DNA of 64,000 nt from Escherichia coli (GCF_013315695.1 NZ_CP054353.1); one strand, 5' to 3'; shown: positions 47,578-58,232, counted from the first letter of the stretch. Program-made: numbers and translations. The notes: generated by a model from the letters alone, not told the origin.

Positions 47578-48015
47578 ATGAACCGCGTACTGTGCGTGGT
47601 CATCATTGCCCTGCTGGTGGCCTGTGGTGCGCTTAGTCTGGGGCTGAATCATTACCGTGATAACGCCATGACCTACAAAGAGCAGCGCGATAAAGCCACA
47701 TCCATCATCGCTGATATGCAGAAGCGTCAACGTGATGTAGCAGAACTCGACGCCAGATACACAAAGGAGCTTGCTGATGCTAACGCGACTATCGAAAGTC
47801 TCCGTGCTGATGTTTCTGCTGGTCGTAAGCGCCTGCAAGTCGCCGCCACCTGTGCAAAGTCAACGACCGGAGCCAGCAGCATGGGCGATGGAGAAAGCCC
47901 AAGACTTACAGCAGATGCTGAACTCAATTATTACCGTCTCCGAAGTGGAATCGACAAGATAACCGCGCAGGTTAACTACCTGCAGGAATACATCAGGACG
48001 CAATGCCTGAAATAA
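47578..48015 (+). CDS. i-spanin Rz
   Basis: 145-aa ORF with N-terminal TM and coiled-coil periplasmic domain; Rz1 embedded. Confidence 0.8.
   Translation: MNRVLCVVIIALLVACGALSLGLNHYRDNAMTYKEQRDKATSIIADMQKRQRDVAELDARYTKELADANATIESLRADVSAGRKRLQVAATCAKSTTGASSMGDGESPRLTADAELNYYRLRSGIDKITAQVNYLQEYIRTQCLK
47771..47962 (+). CDS. o-spanin Rz1 (lipoprotein) embedded in Rz in the +1 frame
   Basis: Lipobox LVVSAC followed by a proline-rich segment; fully inside Rz. Confidence 0.7.
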   Translation: MLMLTRLSKVSVLMFLLVVSACKSPPPVQSQRPEPAAWAMEKAQDLQQMLNSIITVSEVESTR

Positions 48016-48216
48016 TTTTTTTGCAAATCACAAAGTCAATTTAATGAGCCTCGCGATGCGGGGCTTTTTGCAATAAATGCGTACCGCAACGCATGTTTTT
48101 TACACCGAACCTGCCCCTTTGGAATGGGCCTTTGAGGATACCAGTTAGTGCTGGCGAGCCTCGGTGGGCTGGTTTCCTATGCGGCAAAGGTTCATTTCAA
48201 ATGGTAGGTAAACGTT

Positions 48217-48738
48217 ATGAATATCGTGCCACTTAATTACAAAGGTGAAATTGTCAGTTTCAACACTGATGGTTGGATCAACGTCACAGGTGTTGCTGAG
48301 AGATTTGGAAAACGCATTGATAACTGGATGCGTTTGGCAGAAACGCTTGAATACGTTCGTGCTTTAGACGAAGCGTTGACCGGGAAAGAATCTCAAATTT
48401 TACATCCCTCACAATCGAGGTATGTAAAAACCAGCAAGGCACGAAAGGACAGGGGTGGTGGTACGTGGCTACATCCAAAACTTTCAGTTGCATTTGCCCG
48501 TTGGTGTGATGCTCGTTTTGCTGTGTGGTGCGACCTGCACATTGATAGTCTGCTTCGCGGTGAACTGACTGAGCAGCAGAAATATGAGCAAGCATGTCGC
48601 ATTCGCGATGACCGGAAATCAAAAGCCAGCAATGGGGCAAGAGAGATGGCTCGCTGGCGATGGGATAAGCCGGTTATTGAAGCAAATGTTGAGTACTGGC
48701 GCGAGCAACTGCAGTTGACTCTCGATATCGCGTGCTGA
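48217..48738 (+). CDS. KilA-N-like domain protein
   Basis: 173-aa ORF with WLHPKLSVAFARWCDARFAVW motif. Confidence 0.45.
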   Translation: MNIVPLNYKGEIVSFNTDGWINVTGVAERFGKRIDNWMRLAETLEYVRALDEALTGKESQILHPSQSRYVKTSKARKDRGGGTWLHPKLSVAFARWCDARFAVWCDLHIDSLLRGELTEQQKYEQACRIRDDRKSKASNGAREMARWRWDKPVIEANVEYWREQLQLTLDIAC

Positions 48739-49719
48739 TGGCAAACGCAAAACTGCGTTATCGGAAAAATCAAAGCATTACGAGAACTGAGCAACGGCTA
48801 TCCATTACAAAGCCCATCTACGGGTGGGCTTGATAATGAAACCGGAATTTATTCTTGGCAACCAGTTACGGCAGTACCACGAAACAACCCAAGCCAGTAA
48901 GTGGGGAAATAACACTGGCAGCCACTGAAAGATGAAGCTCCTGCCTTAAGGCAAAAAAGATTCTTTGTGGTGGCGGACTGATGGAAAGACATCGGTTATT
49001 GCAGAGGCCATTCAATGAGTGGTCTCGACAATGGCTTATACCCTACACGGGATAACTTAACTGATATCCCTTTTAAAGGATAAAGGTATTCAAGCCTGAC
49101 ACATCATGCGCTGTATCGTCGCCGTATTCCTGCATTAACAGAGACCGCAGCCCGACAGGGAGACTCCTCTGCGCGAGTGTGCGGGGATAATCAAAAACGA
49201 TACACACCGGGGTTTACCGCGTTAACGGAGCGCGGCGTTGTCCCCTCATAGTCGCCTGTCCGGTGCGATGGTGGAAGAAACCGGATGTTTATCACTATTA
49301 ATTGATGACACAGAAATGGATTCATTGAATTTCAGCACGTTTTTGTATTCGTGTTATTGAACATCTGTTTATTTTACTTTTAACATATTGATAATAAAAA
49401 GAGCTGTAAATCTTTAGATGAGTCGATTTTGTCCGGGGAAGTTCAAATGGATTTTATGCTGACGGTTTCTGGTGTGGTTATCCTGTCCATTGCTTATACT
49501 GCAGATAAATATGGCTGCCATTTGTTATCACGTATTGGCGCTTATTGTTCGTTGATGCTGATTTTCTCGTCGCTTTTTTTTGAGTAAGTTATATTAATTA
49601 TAACAAATAATTTTCTGTGTTATTTTTTCAGGCTATCCCGTCAGAGGGGAAGCCTGTACTGCCGGGGAGCGAATGGAAAACTGATGTGTCCGGTAACTGC
49701 GTGTTCTGTGAACACCATG

Positions 49720-49905
49720 TTACTTAATTATGTAATTCATACCCGAACTCTCTGTTGACAGCCTTCTTCTGCAGGCTTCAATAACCCACGCTGAAAAGTT
49801 TCCTGAACCTTTCAGATCAAGAGCGATGTTAATTTGTTCAATCATCTGGTTTGGAAATCGGATGTTGCGGGTTGTTGTTCTGCGGGTTCTGTTCTTTGAT
49901 GACAT
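49720..49905 (-). CDS. small ribbon-helix-helix-like DNA-binding protein (YlcI/DUF3950-like)
   Basis: 61-aa ORF MSSKNRTRRTTTRNIRFPNQMIEQINIALDLKGSGNFSAWVIEACRRRL. Confidence 0.45.
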   Translation of the reverse strand: MSSKNRTRRTTTRNIRFPNQMIEQINIALDLKGSGNFSAWVIEACRRRLSTESSGMNYIIK

Positions 49906-50112
49906 AATGTTTCCCCATATTCAGTGTTGCTGATTTGTATTATCTGAAGTTGCTTTTACGTTAATTTGATGCAGATCAATTAATACGATACCTGCGTCAT
50001 AATTGATTATTTCTCGTGGTTTGATGGCGTACACACATGTTGTGATAAACCTTATATAGATGATAATCATTATCATTTTCGTGGGTCCTTTCCGGCGATC
50101 CGACCGGTTACG

Positions 50113-50124
50113 GGGCGGCGACCT
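50113..50124 (+). other. cosN cohesive-end site
   Basis: gggcggcgacct followed by cgcggattttcactatttatgaaaattttccgg, matching the lambda left cohesive end GGGCGGCGACCT as recalled. Confidence 0.8.
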
Positions 50125-50308
50125 CGCGGATTTTCACTATTTATGAAAATTTTCCGGGATCCATGTCCGGTTTCTCTGCAAGTTAACCATATGAAAAATA
50201 TAAAAACATGCTTTCCATGAACCGGGCATGCGCAAAAAATAGACACTAAAACCGGACATGACCGGTTTTGTTGTGATTGTGAGGTGAGAGTTTTTTGCGA
50301 GGTGAGGA

Positions 50309-50818
50309 GTGGCTACGCAGACTGAAGTTGCCAGGCATTTAAGTCTGACCGATCGCCAGCTTCGCAGATTGCAGAAATTGCCGGGTGCCCCGATATCGAA
50401 TAAGCGAGGGCAACTGGATCTGGATGCCTGGCGCGATTTTTACATATCGTATCTGAGAAGAAGTAAAAACGATGTGCCTGATGGCGATAGCGAAGACGAC
50501 TATGAGGAGAAATTGCTTATTGCCAGATGGGAACTGACAGCAGAACAGGCTGTTACACAGCAGTTAAAAAATGAGGTGTCAAAAGGAAAACTTATTGACA
50601 CCGGGTTCTGTATTTTTGCCCTCAGCAAGCTGGCAATGGCGTTATCCAGTACGCTTGATTCCATCCCTTTATCCATGCAGCGACAGTTTCCTGATTTAAC
50701 ACCGCGCCATCTTGACCATCTGAAAACCCTTATTGCGAAGGGGGCAAATCAGTGTGCGCGGGCGGGGGATAAATTACCGGATTTACTCGATGAATATATC
50801 AGAGCAACAACTGAATAA
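50309..50818 (+). CDS. terminase small subunit (Nu1-like)
   Basis: 169-aa ORF (GTG start); C-terminal similarity to lambda Nu1. Confidence 0.8.
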   Translation: MATQTEVARHLSLTDRQLRRLQKLPGAPISNKRGQLDLDAWRDFYISYLRRSKNDVPDGDSEDDYEEKLLIARWELTAEQAVTQQLKNEVSKGKLIDTGFCIFALSKLAMALSSTLDSIPLSMQRQFPDLTPRHLDHLKTLIAKGANQCARAGDKLPDLLDEYIRATTE

Positions 50819-52707
50819 TATGATGAGTGCTGTCACAACAGCATTACAGCCCCTGATAAGGGCATTGCCGGTGACGCCAGTTGAATGGGCTGATCAAAAT
50901 TATTATCTGCCTAAAGAATCTTCATATGGTGAGGGAGAATGGAAAACGCTGCCGTTCCAGATCGCCATCATGAACAGCATGGGGAATGATCAGATCCGGA
51001 CTGTTAATCTGATTAAATCTGCCCGTGTTGGCTATACAAAGATGTTGCTGGGGGTGGTCGGGTATTTTATTGAGCATAAATCCCGAAACAGTCTGCTTTT
51101 TCAGCCCACGGATTCTGCCGCTGAAGATTTTATGAAGTCTCACGTGGAGGCGACGATTCGGGATGTGCCATGTCTGAAAGACCTTTCTCCATGGCTGGGG
51201 CGTAAACATCGTGACAATACTCTCACGCTGAAACGCTTTTCATCGGGTGTGGGCTTCTGGTGCCTGGGCGGCGCTGCCGCCAAAAACTACCGTGAAAAAT
51301 CCGTGGACGTGGTCTGCTATGACGAACTTTCCTCGTTCGAACCGGATGTCGAAAAAGAGGGTTCGCCAACCCTGCTTGGGGATAAACGTATTGAGGGCTC
51401 TGTATGGCCCAAATCCATTCGCGGCTCGACGCCTAAAATCAAAGGCACCTGCCAGATCGAAAAAGCGGCCAACGAGTCGGCGCATTTCATGCGTTTTTAT
51501 GTGCCCTGCCCGCACTGTGGGGAGGCGCAGTATCTGAAATTTGGCGATGAGTCCACGCCTTTTGGCCTTAAATGGGAGAAGGACAGCCCCGAAAGCGTTT
51601 TCTACCTCTGTGAACATCATGGCTGCGTGATCCATCAGTCTGAGCTTGACCAGAGCAACGGGCGGTGGATCTGTGAAAACACGGGGATGTGGACCCGCGA
51701 CGGTCTGACGTTTTTCAGCGCTGCGGATAATGAAATTCCGCCGCCGCGCTCCATCACATTCCATATCTGGACGGCGTACAGTCCGTTCACCACCTGGGTA
51801 CAGATTGTCTATGACTGGCTGGATGCACTGAAAGATCCCAACGGCCTGAAAACCTTTGTGAACACCACGCTGGGCGAGACCTGGGAAGAGGCCGTGGGCG
51901 AAAAACTCGATCACCAGGTGCTGATGGATAAGGTTGTGCGTTACACGGCTGCGGTGCCTTCCCGGGTGGTTTATCTGACGGCGGGCATTGACTCGCAGCG
52001 AAACCGTTTTGAGATGTATGTCTGGGGATGGGCTCCGGGAGAGGAAGCCTTTCTGGTGGATAAAATCATCATTATGGGGCGTCCCGATGAGGAAGAGACG
52101 CTGTTACGTGTGGATGTGGCGATCAACAAAAAATACCGCCATGCAGACGGAACCGAAATGACCATTTCCCGTGTCTGCTGGGACACCGGGGGGAATTGTC
52201 TATCAGAGGTCAAAAAAACACGGTGTTTTCCGGGTGCTGCCGGTAAAAGGTGCATCTGTTTATGGCAAGCCGGTGATCACCATGCCAAAAACCCGCAATC
52301 AGCGGGGCGTGTATCTGTGCGAAGTGGGGACGGACACCGCAAAAGAAATTCTCTATGCCCGTATGAAAGCCGATCCCACGCCTGCGGATGAAGCCACGTC
52401 GTATGCCATCCGTTTTCCTGATGATCCGGAGATTTTTTCGCAGACAGAGGCGCAGCAACTGGTGGCGGAAGAGCTTGTGGAGAAGTGGGAAAAAGGAAAG
52501 ATGCGTCTGCTGTGGGATAACAAAAAGCGGCGTAACGAAGCGCTGGACTGCCTGGTGTATGCCTACGCGGCATTACGTGTGTCCGTGCAACGCTGGCAGC
52601 TTGATCTGGCTGTACTGGCAAAATCCCGGGAAGAAGAGACGACCCGGCCAACCCTTAAAGAACTGGCAGCGAAGCTGTCCGGAGGAGTGAATGGTTACAG
52701 TCGCTGA
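50790..52707 (+). pseudogene. terminase large subunit (lambda A-like) with a frameshift at 52188-52193
   Basis: N-terminal frame (MNISEQQLNN...RVCWDTGG) and C-terminal frame (GIVYQRSKKHGVFRVLPVKGASVYGKPV...) both match lambda gpA as recalled, but are offset by one base at a run of six G. Confidence 0.8.
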
Positions 52708-52897
52708 ACTGCAGGCGCTGCGTCAGGCGCGCCTTGATTTATTAACCGGTAAACGGGTGGTGTCTGTCCAGAAAGATGGTCGCAGAATTGAATATACGGC
52801 AGCTTCTCTGGATGAGCTTAACCGGGCGATCAATGATGCGGAGTCGGTACTGGGGACAACCCGCCGTCGCCGTCGTCCGCTGGGAGTGAGGTTATGA
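52691..52897 (+). CDS. head-tail joining protein W
   Basis: 68-aa ORF ...LTGKRVVSVQKDGRRIEYTAASL... close to lambda gpW. Confidence 0.85.
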   Translation: MVTVAELQALRQARLDLLTGKRVVSVQKDGRRIEYTAASLDELNRAINDAESVLGTTRRRRRPLGVRL

Positions 52898-54486
52898 AAC
52901 GAACGCCTGTCCTGATTGATGTGAACGGCGTTCCGCTTCGGGAGAGCCTCAGCTACAACGGTGGCGGTGCAGGATTTGGCGGGCAAATGGCAGAGTGGTT
53001 GCCACCCTCGCAGAGTGCCGATGCGGCCCTGCTGCCCGCGTTGCGTCTGGGGAATGCCCGTGCAGATGATCTGGTGCGCAATAACGGAATAGCGGCCAAT
53101 GCGGTGGCCCTGCATAAGGATCACATTGTCGGGCATATGTTTCTGATCAGTTACCGTCCGAACTGGCGCTGGCTGGGGATGCGGGAGACCGCGGCAAAAA
53201 GTTTTGTCGATGAGGTGGAGGCGGCCTGGTCAGAATACGCAGAAGGGATGTTTGGTGAGATCGACATGGAAGGGAAACGCACGTTCACGGAATTTATCCG
53301 TGAAGGTGTGGGCGTTCATGCGTTTAACGGCGAAATCTTTGTGCAGCCGGTCTGGGATACGGAGAGCACGCAACTGTTTCGTACGCGTTTTAAAGCCGTG
53401 AGTCCGAAACGGGTGGACACGCCAGGACACGGTATGGGGAACCGTTTTCTGCGGGCCGGTGTGGAGGTCGATCGATATGGTCGTGCCGTTGCGTACCATA
53501 TCTGTGAGGATGATTTTCCTCGCTCCGGGAGTGGACGATGGGAACGGATCCCGCGTGAACTTCCCACCGGGCGTCCGGCCATGCTGCATATTTTCGAGCC
53601 GGTGGAGGACGGGCAGACCCGTGGGGCCAATCAGTTTTACAGCGTAATGGAACGGCTGAAGATGCTCGATTCCCTGCAGGCAACACAGCTTCAGTCGGCC
53701 ATAGTGAAGGCGATGTATGCAGCGACGATTGAAAGTGAACTTGATACCGAAAAGGCCTTTGAATATATCGCCGGTGCGCCGCAGGGGCAGAAGGATAATC
53801 CGCTTATTAATATTCTGGAGAAGTTCTCCACCTGGTATGACACGAATAGCGTGACGCTGGGCGGTGTCAAAATTCCGCACCTTTTCCCCGGTGATGATCT
53901 GAAACTTCAGACCGCGCAGGATTCAGACAATGGATTTTCGGCGCTTGAACAGGCGCTGCTGCGGTATATCGCCGCCGGTCTTGGCGTTTCCTACGAACAG
54001 TTGTCCCGTGATTACTCGAAGGTCAGTTATTCAAGTGCCCGCGCATCCGCCAATGAGTCGTGGCGCTATTTTATGGGGCGGCGAAAATTTATTGCGTCCC
54101 GGCTGGCCACGCAGATGTTTTCCTGCTGGCTGGAAGAGGCACTTCTTCGGGGGATTATTCGTCCGCCACGGGCGCGTTTTGATTTTTATCAGGCGCGATC
54201 AGCCTGGTCACGGGCTGAGTGGATTGGAGCCGGAAGAATGGCCATTGACGGGCTCAAGGAGGTTCAGGAATCAGTGATGCGCATTGAGGCCGGACTGAGC
54301 ACGTATGAGAAAGAGCTGGCGCTGATGGGCGAGGATTATCAGGACATTTTCCGCCAGCAGGTCAGGGAATCTGCAGAGCGGGAAAAAGCCGGACTCTCAC
54401 GTCCGGTGTGGATAGCGCAGGCGTATCAGCAGCAGATAGCGGAGAGTCGCAGGCCGGAAGAGGAGACAACACCACGTGAGACGTAA
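52894..54486 (+). CDS. portal protein (lambda B-like)
   Basis: 530-aa ORF with long near-identical stretches to lambda gpB (VEDGQTRGAN.FYSVME..KMLD.LQ.TQLQSAIVKAMYAATIESELDT). Confidence 0.9.
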   Translation: MKRTPVLIDVNGVPLRESLSYNGGGAGFGGQMAEWLPPSQSADAALLPALRLGNARADDLVRNNGIAANAVALHKDHIVGHMFLISYRPNWRWLGMRETAAKSFVDEVEAAWSEYAEGMFGEIDMEGKRTFTEFIREGVGVHAFNGEIFVQPVWDTESTQLFRTRFKAVSPKRVDTPGHGMGNRFLRAGVEVDRYGRAVAYHICEDDFPRSGSGRWERIPRELPTGRPAMLHIFEPVEDGQTRGANQFYSVMERLKMLDSLQATQLQSAIVKAMYAATIESELDTEKAFEYIAGAPQGQKDNPLINILEKFSTWYDTNSVTLGGVKIPHLFPGDDLKLQTAQDSDNGFSALEQALLRYIAAGLGVSYEQLSRDYSKVSYSSARASANESWRYFMGRRKFIASRLATQMFSCWLEEALLRGIIRPPRARFDFYQARSAWSRAEWIGAGRMAIDGLKEVQESVMRIEAGLSTYEKELALMGEDYQDIFRQQVRESAEREKAGLSRPVWIAQAYQQQIAESRRPEEETTPRET

Positions 54487-55981
54487 TCTTTCACACATTA
54501 TTGCCGCAGCATTCAATGAACCGCTGCTTCTGGAGCCCGCCTATGCGCGGGTTTTCTTTTGCGCGCTCGGGCGCGAGATGGGGGCAGCAAGTCTTTCGGT
54601 ACCGCAACAGCAGGTACAGCTTGATGCTCCCGGGATGCTGGCTGAAACGGACGAGTACATGGCCGGAGGTAAACGACCGGCCCGTGTTTACCGGGTGGTG
54701 AACGGTATTGCGGTACTGCCGGTGACCGGCACGCTGGTGCACCGGCTGGGGGGGATGCGGCCATTTTCCGGAATGACTGGCTATGACGGCATTGTCGCCT
54801 GTCTTCAGCAGGCAATGGCAGATAGCCAGGTGCGGGGCATACTGCTGGACATTGACAGTCCGGGCGGGCAGGCCGCCGGCGCGTTTGACTGCGCTGACAT
54901 GATTTACCGCCTCCGGCAGCAGAAGCCGGTCTGGGCACTGTGTAATGACACGGCCTGTTCTGCAGCCATGCTGCTGGCGTCGGCCTGCTCCCGACGGCTG
55001 GTTACCCAGACATCCCGTATCGGCTCCATTGGCGTGATGATGAGCCATGTCAGCTATGCCGGTCATCTGGCGCAGGCCGGTGTGGATATCACGCTGATTT
55101 ACTCAGGAGCGCACAAGGTGGATGGCAATCAGTTTGAAGCGTTGCCGGCAGAGGTTCGCCAGGACATGCAGCAGCGGATTGATGCGGCGCGCCGGATGTT
55201 TGCCGAAAAAGTGGCGATGTATACCGGTCTGTCTGTTGATGCGGTCACGGGAACAGAGGCTGCCGTTTTTGAAGGTCAGTCCGGCATTGAGGCCGGGCTG
55301 GCGGATGAATTAATCAATGCGTCGGATGCCATCAGTGTGATGGCCACGGCGCTGAACAGTAATGTCAGAGGAGGCACTATGCCGCAATTAACTGCAACGG
55401 AAGCCGCCGTGCAGGAGAACCAGCGAGTGATGGGGATCCTGACATGCCAGGAAGCGAAAGGACGTGAACAGCTTGCCACGATGCTGGCAGGGCAACAGGG
55501 CATGAGCGTTGAACAGGCCCGGGCGATTCTGGCCGCGGCGGCACCGCAGCAGCCGGTGGCATCCGCACAGAGTGAAGCCGATCGCATTATGGCGTGTGAA
55601 GAAGCGAACGGTCGTGAACAACTGGCGGCAACGCTGGCGGCGATGCCGGAGATGACGGTGGAAAAAGCCCGCCCGATCCTGGCTGCTTCACCGCAGGCGA
55701 ATGCCGGACCATCACTCCGTGATCAGATCATGGCACTGGATGAGGCAAAAGGGGCTGAGGCGCAGGCTGAACAGCTGGCTGCCTGCCCGGGAATGACTGT
55801 GGAGAGCGCCCGGGCTGTGCTGGCTGCGGGATCAGGTAAGGCAGAACCGGTCTCTGCATCCACAACCGCCCTGTTTGAACATTTCATGGCGAACCATTCA
55901 CCGGCTGCGGTCCAGGGGGGCGTGTCACAGGCGTCAGAAGACGGTGATGCGGACGTGAAAATGCTCATGGCCATGCCATGA
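54476..55981 (+). CDS. head protease/scaffold (lambda C/Nu3-like, S49 peptidase family)
   Basis: 501-aa ORF; C-terminal half carries three tandem ~35-aa repeats. Confidence 0.8.
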   Translation: MRRNLSHIIAAAFNEPLLLEPAYARVFFCALGREMGAASLSVPQQQVQLDAPGMLAETDEYMAGGKRPARVYRVVNGIAVLPVTGTLVHRLGGMRPFSGMTGYDGIVACLQQAMADSQVRGILLDIDSPGGQAAGAFDCADMIYRLRQQKPVWALCNDTACSAAMLLASACSRRLVTQTSRIGSIGVMMSHVSYAGHLAQAGVDITLIYSGAHKVDGNQFEALPAEVRQDMQQRIDAARRMFAEKVAMYTGLSVDAVTGTEAAVFEGQSGIEAGLADELINASDAISVMATALNSNVRGGTMPQLTATEAAVQENQRVMGILTCQEAKGREQLATMLAGQQGMSVEQARAILAAAAPQQPVASAQSEADRIMACEEANGREQLAATLAAMPEMTVEKARPILAASPQANAGPSLRDQIMALDEAKGAEAQAEQLAACPGMTVESARAVLAAGSGKAEPVSASTTALFEHFMANHSPAAVQGGVSQASEDGDADVKMLMAMP

Positions 55982-56017
55982 AGTCAGTGCTGAACATCAA
56001 TACGAGGTTTTTACAAT

Positions 56018-56368
56018 ATGGTGACGAAAACCATCACTGAACAGCGTGCGGAAGTACGTATTTTTGCCGGTAATGATCCGGCTCACACCGCCACAGGCAG
56101 CAGCGGGATTTCCTCGGCAACACCGGCACTGACACCCCTGATGCTGGATGGGGCCACCGGGAAACTGGTGGTCTGGGACGGACAGAAAGCCGGTAGTGCG
56201 GTTGGCATACTGGTACTGCCGCTTGAAGGCACAGAGGAGGTGCTGACCTATTACAAGTCGGGGACCTTTGCGACGGAGGCAATCCGCTGGCCTGAAAGTG
56301 TGGATGAACACAAAAAGGCCAACGCCTTTACCGGCAGTGCCCTGAGTCACGCGGCGCTGCCGTAACAC
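56018..56368 (+). CDS. head decoration protein D
   Basis: 115-aa ORF ...DPAHTAT...TPLMLD...YYKSGTF... lambda gpD-like. Confidence 0.85.
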
Positions 56369-56422
56369 GTTATCAGGCCACCGCGTTGGCCTGACTGATT
56401 TCTTAATGAAAGGAACTGATTT

Positions 56423-57451
56423 ATGGGATTGTTTACGACCCGCCAGTTACTCGGTTATACCGAACAAAAAGTTAAATTCCGTGCGCTGTTTCTGGAGCTG
56501 TTTTTCCGCCGTACGGTGAATTTCCACACCGAAGAGGTGATGCTGGACAAAATTACCGGAAAAACGCCGGTGGCGGCCTATGTCTCCCCGATCGTTGAAG
56601 GAAAAGTGCTTCGCCATCGCGGTGGTGAAACCCGCGTGTTACGTCCGGGCTACGTCAAGCCCAAACACGAATTTAATTACCAGCAGGCGGTTGAGCGCCT
56701 TCCTGGTGAAGATCCGGCTCAGCTGAACGACCCGGCCTACCGTCGTCTGCGTATCATTACCGATAACCTCAAACAGGAAGAGCACGCCATTGTCCAGGTG
56801 GAAGAAATGCAGGCGGTGAATGCCGTGCTGTATGGCAAATACACCATGGAAGGGGATCAGTTTGATACTGTCGAGGTGGATTTCGGGCGCTCTGAAGGAA
56901 ATAACATTGAGCAGGCTGACGGTAAAAAATGGTCTGAGCAGGACCGTGATACGTTTGATCCGACGCATGATATTGACCTCTACTGCGATCAGGCCAGCGG
57001 CCTTGTGAATATCGCCATTATGGACGGTACGGTCTGGCGTCTGCTGAATGGCTTTAAGCTGTTCCGCGAAAAACTGGATACCCGTCGCGGCTCAAATTCA
57101 CAACTCGAAACGGCAGTGAAAGATCTGGGGGCGGTGGTGTCCTTCAAGGGGTATTACGGCGATCTGGCCATTGTGGTGGCGAAAACGTCTTATGTGGCAG
57201 AGGACGGTACCGAAAAACGTTATCTGCCGGAGGGCATGCTGGTGCTGGGGAATACGGCAGCAGAGGGCATTCGTTGCTATGGTGCCATTCAGGATGCGCA
57301 GGCGTTGTCCGAAGGTGTGGTGGCCTCTTCCCGTTACCCGAAACACTGGCTGACCGTGGGCGATCCGGCCCGTGAATTCACCATGACGCAGTCCGCACCG
57401 CTGATGGTGCTGCCGGATCCGGATGAGTTTGTGGTGGTACAGGTGAAATAA
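56423..57451 (+). CDS. major capsid protein E
   Basis: 342-aa ORF with extended identity to lambda gpE (GYVKPKHE ... TRRGSNS.LETAVKDLG ... GDPAREFTM.QSAPLM). Confidence 0.9.
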   Translation: MGLFTTRQLLGYTEQKVKFRALFLELFFRRTVNFHTEEVMLDKITGKTPVAAYVSPIVEGKVLRHRGGETRVLRPGYVKPKHEFNYQQAVERLPGEDPAQLNDPAYRRLRIITDNLKQEEHAIVQVEEMQAVNAVLYGKYTMEGDQFDTVEVDFGRSEGNNIEQADGKKWSEQDRDTFDPTHDIDLYCDQASGLVNIAIMDGTVWRLLNGFKLFREKLDTRRGSNSQLETAVKDLGAVVSFKGYYGDLAIVVAKTSYVAEDGTEKRYLPEGMLVLGNTAAEGIRCYGAIQDAQALSEGVVASSRYPKHWLTVGDPAREFTMTQSAPLMVLPDPDEFVVVQVK

Positions 57452-57502
57452 TCCGTGAGCGGGGGCGAAATGCCCCCGTGTCTTTTTTCACAGGAGGCTG
57501 AG

Positions 57503-57886
57503 ATGGCAACAAAAGAAGAAAATCTGAATCGTCTTCGTCAACTGGCTGGCCTGCTGGGGCGCGAGGCGGATATGTCGGGGAGTGCTGCGGATATTGCTCA
57601 ACGTGTGTCTGAGTGGGAAGAGGAGCTTGCTGTTTCCCCGGAGGGCATTATGCACTCTGATGAGAGCGGGGCTGATCAAAATCACACAGACGATGGTGAG
57701 CAGTTGCACAACACTGATGCTCCGGATGATGTTAAAGCGGTCCGTGTGCGGAAATGCCTGCATGTGATGGGGTATTGCCCGGAGACAGGCCGTCCCGTTG
57801 AACTGACGTACCGGGGCATGCGTGTTATGGTGCCATCACCACTGGCGACAGCCATGATACAGCACGGAACGGCTGAGCATGCGTGA
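57503..57886 (+). CDS. DNA-packaging protein FI
   Basis: ORF 57455..57886; AGGAGG RBS before MATKEENLNRLRQLAG at 57503. Confidence 0.65.
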   Translation: MATKEENLNRLRQLAGLLGREADMSGSAADIAQRVSEWEEELAVSPEGIMHSDESGADQNHTDDGEQLHNTDAPDDVKAVRVRKCLHVMGYCPETGRPVELTYRGMRVMVPSPLATAMIQHGTAEHA

Positions 57887-58232
57887 TTTTCAGAATGCCT
57901 TTGATGCTGCCCTCGCCGGGGTGGACAGTACGATCGTTGAAGTGATGGGGATCCGTGCGCAGTTCACCTCCGGAGCACAACGTGGCGGCGAAGTTCAGGG
58001 GGTTTTTGACGATCCGGAGTCGCTGGGTTTTGCCGGTGGCGGGGTCCGTATTGAAGGAAGCAGCCCGTCATTATTTGTGCGGACGGATACGGTGCGTGCC
58101 GTGCGGCGTGGTGACACGCTGACCATTAACGGCGAGATGTTCTGGGTGGATCGTGTTTCTCCGGATGACGGGGGAAGCTGTTATCTCTGGCTCAACCGTG
58201 GGCAACCACCCGCTGTTAACCGGCGACGATAA
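57879..58232 (+). CDS. head-tail joining protein FII
   Basis: 117-aa ORF ending ...FWVDRVSPDDGGSCYLWLNRGQPPAVNRRR, near-identical to lambda gpFII. Confidence 0.85.
   Translation: MRDFQNAFDAALAGVDSTIVEVMGIRAQFTSGAQRGGEVQGVFDDPESLGFAGGGVRIEGSSPSLFVRTDTVRAVRRGDTLTINGEMFWVDRVSPDDGGSCYLWLNRGQPPAVNRRR

Noticed and set aside
51240-53880. Minus-strand ORFs (224 aa, 137 aa, 216 aa) antisense to terminase and portal genes
   Set aside because: Shadow frames within lambda-like terminase/portal genes; translations are arginine/histidine-rich with no start context
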